Below are positions 13,294 through 30,762 of a DNA stretch of 64,000 bases, piece by piece. Position 1 is the stretch's first letter. The number at the start of each line of letters is the position of its first letter. The stretch lies in contig JBODTK010000118.1 in NCBI GenBank assembly GCA_050613775.1, positions 248,001-312,000 on the forward strand, read 5' to 3'. The notes under the pieces are model-generated. The model had not been told where the DNA came from. It saw nothing but the letters and a program-made list of their open reading frames with translations, and ran no database searches. The translations under genes were made by a program, and so were the position numbers. Origin of the DNA: Neocallimastix sp. 'constans'. Lineage: Eukaryota.

Positions 13294-15585
13294 CTATTAT
13301 TTATGAATCTTTCAAAAGTGTGTTGTATTATATTGTATATATTAATAGATACAATATGAATTTTAAATAAACATTTAAAAATTTTTAATGTATATTCATA
13401 CTCATTGGTTAATAATACAAAATAATTAGACAACAATATTGAATAATTATAAATTTTTATTATTATCCATAGTATCTAATTATATGGTTAATAGAAAAAA
13501 AAAAAATAGATTTTATATATATATATATAAATTTTTTAATGTTCATATTCATTAATACTTAGCAAGAAATTTTATAATATATATGGAAATTATTAAATAT
13601 AATATACATATATATTATAAAATTTCTTTCTAAGTTAAATATTTAAAAATTCTCCTTTTTTTGATAATTACCTAACTTTATTGATAATTATCAATAAAGT
13701 TTGGAGAATGAGAAAAAAAAAACTCTCTAATAATTATAATATTAATAATAATAATTTAAAATAATATTAAAAATAATAATAGCAGTAATGATGGTAATGG
13801 TAATAATGAATAATAATAAAATTTATAGTAATAATAATATTAATAATATTAATATATTTATAATATTACCAATAATAATAATAAATAATAAATAAATAAA
13901 TAATAAATAAATTAATAAATAATAGATAAATAAATAAATAGATGAATAAATAAATAGATGAATAAATAAAATAAAAAAAAAAAAAAACATTAATAATGTA
14001 AATAAAACCATTAATAATTATAATATTAATAATAATACTATATAAAAATTAAATAATTATTATTAATCCTTAATATTTTTTGAATTATTAAAATTAAAAT
14101 TCTATATTTACATGTAATAATAAATTTTTTAATTTCTTTATATATATATAAAGAAATTAAAATAAAATTAAATTAATATAAAAAATTTATTTATGATGTT
14201 AATAAAATGATAGAGTATAAAAAAAAAAAAGTAAAACATGAATAAAATTATATAATTTTATTTTATACGGATTATAACTAAAAATTTTTTTTATATATTT
14301 TCAATTATGCGAATAGTTATTATGTTGCTAAAGTAAGTCATTACAGACATCCATGAATATGTGTATAAATGCATTGTTTTGAGTTGATTGTACTGTTAAT
14401 TTCACTTCTACACTATAATAAAGTTCATTATTTCTTTTTTTATTATTAATAAAAACTTTATTAATACATAATAATTAATAATTATAATAATAATAATAAT
14501 AATAATAATTAATAAATAAATAGATAATAATAACAGTAATAAATAAATAAATAAATAAATAAATAAATTATTAAATAAATTTTATATATAAAAATATATA
14601 TATGATGTTAAAAAAATAGAAAAAAGACTGCCTCTTCTCATTTCAATATCCTTTAAATTTTAATCATAACAACTATATAAATTTTATAAATTATTAAATT
14701 AATAAAAAAAAGAAATTTTTTATAGATTTTTTTTTCTTTCATCTTTTTTTTTTTTTTTTTATTGTATGCGTTAGTAATTATTTTACAAAGGTTAAGGATA
14801 TTTAATAATTAGAAGTAATAATAATAAGTTATAAATAATAAATAAATGAATAAATGAATAAATAATAAATGAATAAATAAATAATAAATGAATAAATAAA
14901 TAATAATTGAATAATTAAATAATAAATGAATAATTAAATAATAAAGAATGAAGAGTAAAGAAATCATTAATAATTTATTAATAGTTAAATTAATATAAAT
15001 ATTTTATTGATGTCTTATATATAATTATTAAAAGTATTATAAAATAAATAAATAAAATTAAAATGTATTAATACATTATTACATATATTATAAAAAAAAA
15101 AATTATATATTTTTTTATTTATGCATTTATTTATTTAATCTTTTTAATAAGAATTAAAATTTTTATTTCATTTAAGATTTCAATATAAAACAAAACATAA
15201 AAATTGATTAAATATTTGATTAATGAATTAGTAATCCATTTAATTTATTTGTGTGACTCAAATATAGGCAATGCTAATTAGTAATATTAATTTTTTTTTT
15301 TTGTTTTTTTTTTCTTTATTTTTTTTTTTTTTGGAACCGCTAAAATGCGGTATTTTTTTTATTGATTAAATTATTATATATTTATTAATTATTATTTATT
15401 ATTAATTATTAATTATTAATTATTATTTGATTATTTATTATTTATTATTTATTATTTATTATTTATTATTTATGATATGAAAAAAAAAGTAAAGAACGTC
15501 CTTGGATTAGACCAAAAGATTAAAAAATGTACTTATTTGTATTAAATTAAATCATTAATACAAAATAAAAAAAAAAGTATTAAAA

Positions 15586-15653
<68 letters not shown>

Positions 15654-18600
15654 AGGAAATATTAATTTCAGAATGCCACTTAAAGAATATTTATAAATAT
15701 TAAGATTGCTACATTAAATAAAAGAATATTTGTAAATACTAAAATTATTTATTTAATGTATCTTTTTTTATTCAATTTTATGGAAATTTAAATTTATTTT
15801 ATTTATCGATTATAGCTAAAAAAAAAAACACAAAAAGTTAACGATAATTCTATAATCATTATAACTAAGCTTTTAGATTATTCAAGATCCATCGCAGACG
15901 CTGACGACAGGTGACAACAAACAATTAATATAAATATTAATTTACAATTATTCATATCATCGGGTTCCTACTATAAACAATCTTATTTTTATAGAAAAAA
16001 AAAAAAAACCATTCATTTCATCGGGTTCCTACTATATATAATATTATTTTTATAGAAAAAAAAACCAAATATAATATGAAAGTGATACACAATTTTTTCT
16101 TGCGTACGCATAGGCCTCACTCATCTGGGAAAAGGTACCTATGGCAAACGGACATTTCAACTTCTCAAGCTTACTATTTGTTTTAATTGCAATTGAACTT
16201 CTTTCTTTCTCCGTATTTCTTGTTAATTTAAACATTTTCATATATATTAAAATTGACAGGATCCGTCCACCTCGCGGTCATTAATACAAAAAAAACTCTT
16301 TGCGACAACACACTCCTTCCTTCTTTAAAACCTAACTCATTATTATTTTCTAACCGTCCGTACGCTTCTTGCATATACAACTTTGCCAAATGCAAATGAT
16401 ATTCTAACAACAACTCAGTTATACAAGCATCATCGTGATATTTTCTTACAAATACCTCTCTAAGAAAATCATTAAATGTTGCTGTACGCCAAACACTTCA
16501 CTTTTATAACTATTCCACACGCCATATGATTTTCGTTGAATTTCACAGCTCTCTACCAAAGCTGCCTTTGTAACATTCTCCTTTTTTTAATAATCCATTA
16601 TTTTCCATTTCATTCACAACGCTACCTATTCAACAGAAAACCACACTAATATTAATCATATAGGTATAATAAATAGAAACAAGATCAATATTGATTTCAA
16701 TAACAAAATGATGTTAACAAAATAAAGAATATATAAAGATAATTAATTTATAATATATTATTAACTCGTTATTCATTATTAAAGATTTATAATATTTAAT
16801 TATTTTTATTTTTGTTAAATTTAAAAATTTAATATAAATTTAGTAGTAATAAAAAAAAATAAATCTATCAATAACTATTAATAATATAATTGTATTAATA
16901 AATATGGTGATAGTAATATTAATGAAAAAAAATTAGTAATGAAAATATCAATAATATTAATATTTTATCTATATTTTAAAGGTTTATTTAAGCTATGTTC
17001 CGCTATGCGTTAAATAGTGACAGAAATAGAACAAGAAAAAAAAAAAAAAAAAAAAAGTAGATTGATTAAAACAAAGTTAGTCATCAATAGTACTAAAAAA
17101 TAATTGAACACGTTGCTCCCCAGTAAAATCCGCTAAAATTTATGTTGACTAATCTTGATTTGAACGAACACATATTAATTTATTAGTGATATATATAAAT
17201 ACTATTAATTAATAATATATAAATACTTATTAATGATATATAAATATAAATGAATAGTATTAATAATATATCAATACTATTAATGAATAGTTTAATGATA
17301 TATATAAATATAATTAATAATATATATTAATATAATTAGTTAAATAATATTTTTTTATTTTTTTTTTTTTATATATTTAATGAAAATCATATAGAATATT
17401 AAATAAAATTATAGTGAAATATATTATAAACATATATAATTAATAAATTAAGTATAGATTAAAGTTAATTAGGTTCAAACTTTTCAAAAAAAAAAATTTT
17501 TTTTTTGAAATAAAAATTTAATATATGAATAATAGTAATATAATTTCAACAATATATAACATAATATATTATAATATATTGTATATGTACTAATGAAGGT
17601 TTACTTTTCATGTTTTAATAAAAATTTCATATATCCTAAATAGAATTAAAATTAAATTATTATTTAATAGAATTAAAACTTTATTACTATTTATTATTGT
17701 ATATATTAAATTTAATTTACTAATATTTAATATTAATTTAATTTACTTTTTTTTAGATTGATTTGTAAAATATGGTAATTTATTCTATTTTAAATAATAG
17801 ATTATATATAAATATTATATATTCCAATATATTTATTTATAACTTTTTAATTTATTTTTAAATATATTATTAGTATAAAATTTAATATATTTTATAGAAT
17901 AAAGTTACATAATTACGTTATTATGTTATATTTTAATATAAATCAATAATATAATTATACTGTTAATCTATTTAATAATAGATAAATATCCTTTTTTTTT
18001 TTATAGTGTACAATAGTGTATACATTATATATATAGCTATATTATATAATAATATACATTTATATATATAGCTATTTGGATTATATAAATTGTAAAGCCT
18101 AGTATTATATTATTTATAAGTATTTCAAAATAATAATGTATAATATATTATTGTATATTATGTTTTTTTTTATATATATAATATTTTAAATAGATTATTA
18201 AAATATTTTTCTTATTGAAGGAGGGAATGAATGAGAAAAAAAAAAAAGTTTTTTATTATTATTATAATCAATTATATTTAATTAAATGAATAGATATTTA
18301 TAAACTAAATAAATATATTAATAAATAAATAAATAGATAATTATTATATAAAATAAATAAAAAATATCCAATTAATGAAAAAATAAATAAATAAATAAAT
18401 AAATAAATTCTTTTTTATTATTAATTATAATTAATTTTTTTTATTAAAAAAAAGATATAACTTTAAATTATTTCTTTTAGTAATACTAATATTTTTATTT
18501 TATTTTATTTTAATATTTTGAAGATACTTTTATATTTTTTTTTTTTTTTTTTATTTTTTTAATTTCTTTTTTTTTATTTAAAAGTAAATCAAAAAAATTA

Positions 18601-19922
18601 AAAAAAAAAGATTTTTATAAAATAAAATAATAAATTAAGTTGAGAGAAATAAAATAACTTGAATTAAAAAAAAAAAAAATAAAATATCCAATTTATTTTT
18701 TTATTTTATATTATTATTTTTTTTTTAAATCTTAAAAATAATATTGTATATTACTTTATATAATTTGAATTATTTAATAAGTAGAAAAAAAATAATAAAA
18801 TAAAATAACAAAATAGTTTTAAATTTTTATAAATAATTATTGAAAATACCTATTAATTATTTTTTAAGCAATATATCCTGTTTAGAAAAAGAAATTTATA
18901 GGGAAAAAGGACAAAAGTGTTTGAAGTGCAAAGCAAGATAAAGGGTTAATAATCTAAAATTTTATAATTTTTATTTTTTAAAATTTTTCTTATAAGAAAG
19001 ATATAAAAAGTTAATTTATATATATGGATAAAAAGAATAATAGTAATAATAATAAAGGTCCAGAGTAAAACTTGATGAATTAGATTTTATGTGAAATGAT
19101 ATGGAAATTATTTTATTATAAATAATTATCGAAAAACATTTCAATATAGAGCAATAAACATATATATATATAAACTATAAATATTAATAAAATATTTATT
19201 TAAGAAACCTACAATAAAAAATAAAGATAATTTTAATTCTTAAAAAATATCGAAAAAAATCATTTATTTATTTATTGGTATATTTATTTCATATTTTATG
19301 TTATTTTTTTTTTATTTTTTTTTTTAATTTTTTTTTTTTTTTTTTATGAAAGCAAATTTTATATATTAATAGTATAAATATTAATCATGTTTTAAAAAAA
19401 AATATTATAAATTTATATACATGTTAAATTTTTATAGATTAAAAAGAAAGGTTTTTTTTTTTTTTACACTTGAAAAAAACGGATGAAGAAAGAAAATTAA
19501 ACCTTTTTTTTTTTAATCATAAACACAATAATAAAACAATATCATATAAATAAATTATTAGACTTTTTAATAAGAAAGAAGAAAAAATATTAAAATTATA
19601 TAACAATCATATTACCAATTTTAATATTTTAAAACTCTTTACGCTATTATATTTATACTATCAATATTCAAATTTAATATTCATATTAAGTGCATATTTA
19701 ATAATCAATTTTCTTTATAATAAATATAAAGTAACTATACATATATTATTTAAATCTGTATTTATAAATAGATTTCAGTTAAACTATAATTTCTTTTATA
19801 AATATTATAATCTTAAATTCTAATAATATTATTTAAATCTGTAAAAATAAAAGTTTTTTTTATTTTTTTTTTGAAGACAACTACTATAGATTTAATAATA
19901 TAATTTAAATACCAAAAAGAAA

Positions 19923-23567
<3,645 letters not shown>

Positions 23568-24436
23568 ATTTAATAAATAGGAAAAAAACGATAAAAAAAA
23601 AGGAGAAAAAAAACACAGAAAAAAAAAAAAAGAGAAAAATAAAAAAAAAAAAAAAAGAAAATAAGAGAAAAAAATACATATATTTTTTTAATCTTTTTTT
23701 TCTTTCTTCCATCAATTTTAAATTAATCTTAAAAAAAAAAAAAAAAAATTATCTTTTTTTATTTTTTTTTTTTTTTTTTTTTAATTTTTTTTCTCATTAT
23801 TTTTTTTTTAAATCCAACCAATTAATCTATTATATAATACCATTTTAATATATATCAGCATAATTTGAAGAATGAACATATATATTTTCTTTAATTAATA
23901 AAAATTTCATAATCTAAATAAATAAACAAATAAATTATATATATAAAAAAAAATAAATAAAAAATATATATATATATTAATTATAATAAAATTTATTCAT
24001 CAATAAATAAAAAACAAAACCAAAAAAAAAAAAAAAAAAAAAGAATATAAAAATAAAAATAAAAGAATAGTAATAAAGAATGAAAGAAAAAAAATATTTT
24101 TTTTATTATCAATTTAGTTACATATATATATATTTTTTAAAATATAACTAAAAAAAAAAAAAAAAAATAAAAAAAAAAATAAAATAAAATATAATAAAAG
24201 CAACAATAATAAATTCGAAATATATAAAAACAATTTTTTTTTTTTTTTTTTGAAAATAAATAAAAATATAATAACATTTTTTTTTTTTTTAAATAAATAA
24301 AAAAATAAAAAGTTAATTTATATATATAAAAATATAAAAATTTAAAAAATTTTAAACTTTTTTTTTTAGCTTTTTTAGCAACAAATAAATAAATTAAAAT
24401 TTTTTCAATAATAAATAATAATAAACACAAGAAATT

Positions 24437-24490
<54 letters not shown>

Positions 24491-26049
24491 AGATCTAAAT
24501 GTATCTTTTTTTTTTTTTTTTTTTTTTTTTAATTTTTTTTTTTATATAAAAACAAAATATATATCTTTATTATTTTTTTTTTTGAACCATTTAATTTCAA
24601 ATCTTTTATAATTTTAATAGAAAAAATTTATACAATAAAATTAAATATATATATATATCTATATATAAAAAAGAAAAACATTTAGAAAAAGCTTTTTTTT
24701 TTTTTTTTTATTAATAAAAAATAAAACAAAAAATAAAATAAAAATTAGATAAAATCCAATAAAATGCAATAAAATAAAAATAAAAATTAGATAAAATTCA
24801 ATAAAATACAATAAAATAAAATAAAATTAGATAAAATTCAATAAAATGCAATAAAATAAAAATTAGATAAATTTAATAAAATAAAATAAAACCAAAAAAA
24901 AAAAAAAAAAAAAAAAAAAAGAAGATAGAAAATATTAAACTTTGAAAGTTTATAGAAAGACTCTTCTTTTTTCCACTTTTAATAAATAATTAAATAATTA
25001 AATAATTAAATAATTAAATAATTAAATAAAATAATTAATTAATTAAAAAAAAAGATACATTTTAAATATTACCATTTTTGTTTTAATTTTTTTTTTAATT
25101 AAAATAGAAATAAAGGGAAAAAAAAATTTTTTTTTTTTTTACTTCTTTTTTTTTTTTTAACTATTTTAATTTAATAAAAAAATAAAATAATATAATAAAA
25201 AAAAAAATAAAAATAAAGTGTTAAATAATTAATAATAATAAATAATAATAATAATAATAATAAAATATTTTAAATAATAATAAAAAAGAATTATTATTAT
25301 CTTTTTCTTTTTATTTATTTATTTTATTTATTTTATTTTTTATTTTATTATTTTTTTTTTAATATATATATATATATTTTTCATTATTTAAAGTTTAATT
25401 TTTTTTTTTTTCTTTTTAAAAGTATAAAAAAAAAAAGAAGGACAAAAAAAAATAAAATAATAATATTAATAAATAATAATATATATATAAATGGAAATAA
25501 AAAAAAAAATTTATTTCCTTTTTTTAAAATTTTTTCTATATATATTCAAATATATATATATATTTTTTTATTTGTATTTATTTATTTTATATGTATTTAT
25601 TTTTTTATTTTTATTTTTTTTATTTTAACCAAAAAAAAAATTAAAAAAAAAAAAAAAAGATTTCAAAAAAAGGAAAAAAAAAAAATAAAGTAAAAAATTA
25701 ACATAAGAAGTAAAAAAAAAAAAAAAAAAAAAAAAAATTAAATACAAATAAAACTTTATTTCATATTAAAAATTTTTATTATTATTGTTATATTGTTATT
25801 AAAAATCTTAAGTTTAATATTACATAAATTAATAAATATAAAATAAAAAAAAAAAAAAATATTACATAAATTAATAAATATAAAATAAAATAAAAAAATT
25901 ACATAAATTAATAAATATAAAATAAAATAAAAAAAAAACTTAAAAATATCGAGTAATAAAATAAGCATTTTGGTATGAAAATATGATGTTAGTAATATTG
26001 AAATTAAGAGTCACAATTTGACATTTATGTAATATATATATATAAAAAA

Positions 26050-26656
26050 TTTCTGTTTTTTAATGTTTTTTATTAATCCTATATTAATTAATAATATAAA
26101 TAATATCATTCATCATCGTATTCTATTAATATGCTTTAATATTATTGGTTGGTAGTATGGTTGTTAACACCATTAAATTTCTATTAATATATAATAATAA
26201 TAATAATAATAATAATGTAGTATAATGTATCATGTTGGTTTACTTGATATATCTCAAGATTATTTTAACATTCCCCATAACATTTATATATCTCAAGATT
26301 ATTTTAACATTCCCCATAACATTTATATATATATATATTTTTTTCATTTCCATAATAAAGTTTATAAAAAACAATTTATTTAATTATTTTTTTTAATTAA
26401 TTCAATATTTAAATATATAACTTTAATTATTTTTTTTTTTTAATTAATTCAATATTTAAATATATAACTTTAATATTAATTTTTTTTTGATAAAGGTTCT
26501 ATAATAACTATTCCTAAATGGGCAAAGGGGACCTTCTACTTTAGTTGGATGATTTTTAGTTGGTTCTGAATAATGGTTAAGGACGGTTTTAATTGGCATT
26601 TTTTTGGAGTTACTGACAAATCTTCTCATTTTTTTTTGATCATATTGTTTATATAG

Positions 26657-26706
<50 letters not shown>

Positions 26707-27210
26707 GTCTTTGGTATGTCTTATAGTACTTTTCATAACTGTAAAATTTCATTGTTCATGGAAATGATGAAGAATTCTTGTTCAATGTTATACAAGTGTT
26801 TAACATTGAACAATTTGTATAACATTAAATAACAAATTTTCATCATTTCCATTAAGTTATTTATTGTTAAAAAAAAAAAAAAGCGTTTTCAATTTTCAAT
26901 TTTCCTTTACTTTTTATTTTTGGATGTGCATCTGCTAATATATATATATATATATATTTTTTTTTTTACCTGATTTCGTATTTTCTATATTTATTCCAAG
27001 CATGCTAGTAGTTAAACACCATCTTATTTATCTTACATTCAAAGGTTCTTTATTACGGAATAAACTCAACTTAATGGTTTTATAGTCCACGTAAATAGTT
27101 GTAGGTCTTGAATTTCTTCAATTTATGTTTTGAATTTAGTTATACCGTTAAAAAAAAAAAAAAAAAAAAAAAAAAACAGTTCTTTCCATCATCCATGATA
27201 CCCTATCATT
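26050..27210 (-). mobile_element. Degenerate Ty3/Gypsy RNase H-integrase remnant
   Basis: Minus-strand fragments: DYK/PL..LFRNKEPLNVR/RWC (RNase H end, ~27090-27015), GKKN..LADA (~26972-26927), KKCQLK...PEPTKNHPTKVEGPFAHLGIVIIEP (integrase Zn finger into core, ~26620-26495). Confidence 0.75.
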
Positions 27211-28726
27211 CTTTTTATGATATTAATTTATATATTTGTATTTATTAAAAAAAAATATAAATTCATAGCATAATCAAATGAAATTCTTAAAAAAATTTTA
27301 GTTATATATACTAGATAATAATTAAATAAAATACTTTAAATATATATATACTAGTTAATATTTAAACAAATAAAAAAGTTTAAAATAAAATTTAAAAAAA
27401 AAAAAAAATTATATTAATAATGATTTATAAAAAAGTAATTATATAAATTCATTTATTTATAAAGTAAACAAAAATTAAAAATAGTAAATATAATTAATTA
27501 AAATATTATTTTTATATATATTAAATTATTTTATATAGTAAAATGCTCAAAAAATAAAATTTATAAAGCATAATTATATATATTTATATTTATAAAATAT
27601 AATAAAATAAGTTTTGAGCATTTTATTATATTTTATAAATATAAATATATATAATTATGCTTTATAAATTTTATTTTTTATTTTTATTATATTAGATGGT
27701 ACAATTTTTAATGTCTTTTAATATATAAAATATAAGGAAATAAAATTATTAATATTTAAAAAAAAAAAAAGAATAAAAAAAAAATTATAATTAAAAGTAT
27801 TAAAAAATTTACCAATATCCAGTATTTTTTTTTTTTTTAAAATTAAATTATAAATTTTATTAAGAATTTTTTTTTTTTTACTATTTTATTCTTAAACTTA
27901 ATTATATAAAGGAATATTTTATTAATATTTAATTACTATAAAAAAATTTTTTTTATTCCTTTATTTTCCATTAAAATCACCTAATATTTATATAAATCAT
28001 AAAAAATAATTATAATTTTTATTTAATAATATTAAACAAGGTTTTTATAAAACTTATTTTATATAATTTATTTGTTAATTTTGATATTACTAATCATAAA
28101 TTTATATATCTGTAGTAAATATTTACTTTTTTTTTTTTTTTTTAATATGCATGATTCATTTATTTTATCTTTAAATTTTAATATATTTTAAAATTAGAAT
28201 TTAAATTTTAAATAATTTTAATATCAAATATCGTAAATTAATATGTTAAAAACATATAAATTAAATTTTAAAAATAAATTATTATAATCTCATAATTTTT
28301 AATTGATTGGAAATATCAGATACTGCAAATAACAATTATTCATTAAAAAAAAAGTTTATTATATAATTTTTTATATTTATTCCACTAAGAACTTTTAAAA
28401 AATAAACATTAGTAATAAAACACCTTTTATTTATATTAAATTTGAAAAAGTATAAAAAATATATAAAAAATATTTTTTTTATTATTAAAACAAAAATATA
28501 ATTCAGTATTTAAACACAGTTAAATTCCTTTTAAAATATAATTCTTACATTGTTCTCATTTATTAAAATTTAAAAGATAAAAAAAGAAAATAAAATTTAA
28601 TTTTTAAAATAAAAATAAATTATGAAATATATTTAAATAAAAATATAAAAATTTAAATTTTAAAATTTTGGAAATTTTTTATTAAAGATTAAATATTAAA
28701 AAAAAAAAAAAAATATAAATATCAAA

Positions 28727-30249
28727 ATGGTTAGTAACAATTCTGAAAGGTAAATATTATTTAATAATAATCATTTTAGAATTAATTTAAATTATTTATA
28801 AATATTATTATTTATAAATACAATAAAATTTTTTAAATTTATATAATTAATAATAATTATTTTTAGTTCCTTAATAATCTATTTAAGAAAGCAGAAAAAA
28901 TTTATAACTTTAGTAAATAGTATCCAAAAGGCCATAAGTTCTAAGGACTATAGAAAACAAGGTTATACTTTCAATTCCTATGTTAAAAAGAATTGGAATA
29001 TTTCGAAAGCTCGTATGTGTTTTTTTTTTTTATTATTATTATTTTTCTATTGTTTTTAAGAGTTTCATTAATAATAAAGAAAAAATTAATAATATAAATA
29101 TTAAATTATTCTATTAATTCTAATTATATATATTTATATCTAATAAACAGAAGCTTATCGTTATTTAATTTCAGCAAAAGTACTTGATCAACTTAAAGAA
29201 TTTAAAATATTACCAAGTAAATATCATAATTGAATAAAATTAAATTAAAAAATTAATTTTAATATTTATTTATTTATTTTTTATTTATAAAAATATCTTA
29301 ATTAAATGTATTAATATATATAAATCATTTTTTTTATATGTATGTAATTTTTTAAATTAATAAAAAAGATTATGAACGTTTATGCAAAATTATATCTTCT
29401 TTAACTAAAACTCATGAAGAAGTGACTTTATTATGGAAAACAGTTCTTAGAAAAGTAGAAAATAGACTTGATGAAATTGATACTTCTTTTATTACTAAAG
29501 TTTGGAAAGAACTTTGTGAAGATGAAAAATATAATTATATATGCCATATTGAAAACAATATAGTTAATAATAATGAAGATAATAAAAATAAATATTCTGA
29601 AAATAAAATATTCACCGAAAATGAATCAAATTCTAATATAATTAGTAATAATTTATCATATTCAATTATTTCTTCTTCTGAAAATTCAGAAAATTGTATT
29701 TTAATTAATAATAATTCTTCTCAAAATTCATATTATCCTTCTCCTTCATTTTCTGAAATTGAATTACAAAGTGTTAATAATAATTCTTCTCAAATTTCAT
29801 TTATTCCTTCTCCTTCATATATTGAAGCTGACTTACAAAATATTAATGAAATAACTACTCAACAAAAATTATTTACCCCTTTACCTGTTATAAATAACGA
29901 AACTCTAAATTCAAATATGGATAATTCACAAAAATTAGATATAAATAACCAATTATTATTTAATTCTATTATTGATTATAATAATAATTCTCAAATTAAT
30001 TCAATTCCTCAAGATTTTTCATATGATTCTTTTGAAGATATTTTCGCTTCATTTATTACTGAGTTAAATAATAATTCAGAACTTTTATATTATTCAATGC
30101 CTGTAACTGTTGTAAACTCTTCAAATAATTCTTATTATTTAATTGATAATAATCAATCAACTATTCAAGCCATTCCACTTAATACACCCAATACAATTTA
30201 CTATATGATTAATACACCAAATCAACAACCAATAATAATTTCATCTTAA
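28727..30249 (+). CDS. Putative DNA-binding protein, N-terminal HTH-like domain + N/S/Q/P-rich tail (copy 1, ~371 aa, 4 exons)
   Basis: Exons 28727-28749, 28867-29012, 29151-29216, 29369-30249 splice in frame: MVSNNSESSLIIYLRKQKKFITLVNSIQKAISSKDYRKQGYTFNSYVKKNWNISKAQAYRYLISAKVLDQLKEFKILPNYERLCKII...LLWKTVLRKVENRLDEIDTSFITKVWKELC. Function is inferred. Confidence 0.85.
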
Positions 30250-30727
30250 TCATTATACCAAATTGTTAAATTTCTAATGGATATGTTATTAGAGAATATT
30301 TTTGAAACATCTTTATTATGATTTAAATATTTATATTAAATAAAATAAATATATATCAGAAAAATTATTAAAAAGAAGAATTTTAAGCCATTCAAAAAAT
30401 TCAGTAATATTATTTTGACATGGATGTTTGACAAAAGTATTATGAGAACAGGAATAATTACTATTAATGTATTAATGAACTTAAAATCAATTTCATTAAT
30501 ATATTTTGTATTATATGTTAAATGAAATGTAAATTTTAATTTCTTATTTAAATACTATAAATTTTTAATTTTTAATTTGTATATATTTAAAAATAAATTA
30601 TGGTCAATAAAAAAAATATTTAAAAAAAAAAAAAAATAAAAAAAAAATAATTTAATTAATTGCTACTTAATTATTTATTACATTATAATTCTTAATTTAT
30701 TTTTTTATTTTTATGCATTTATATTTC

Positions 30728-30762
<35 letters not shown>

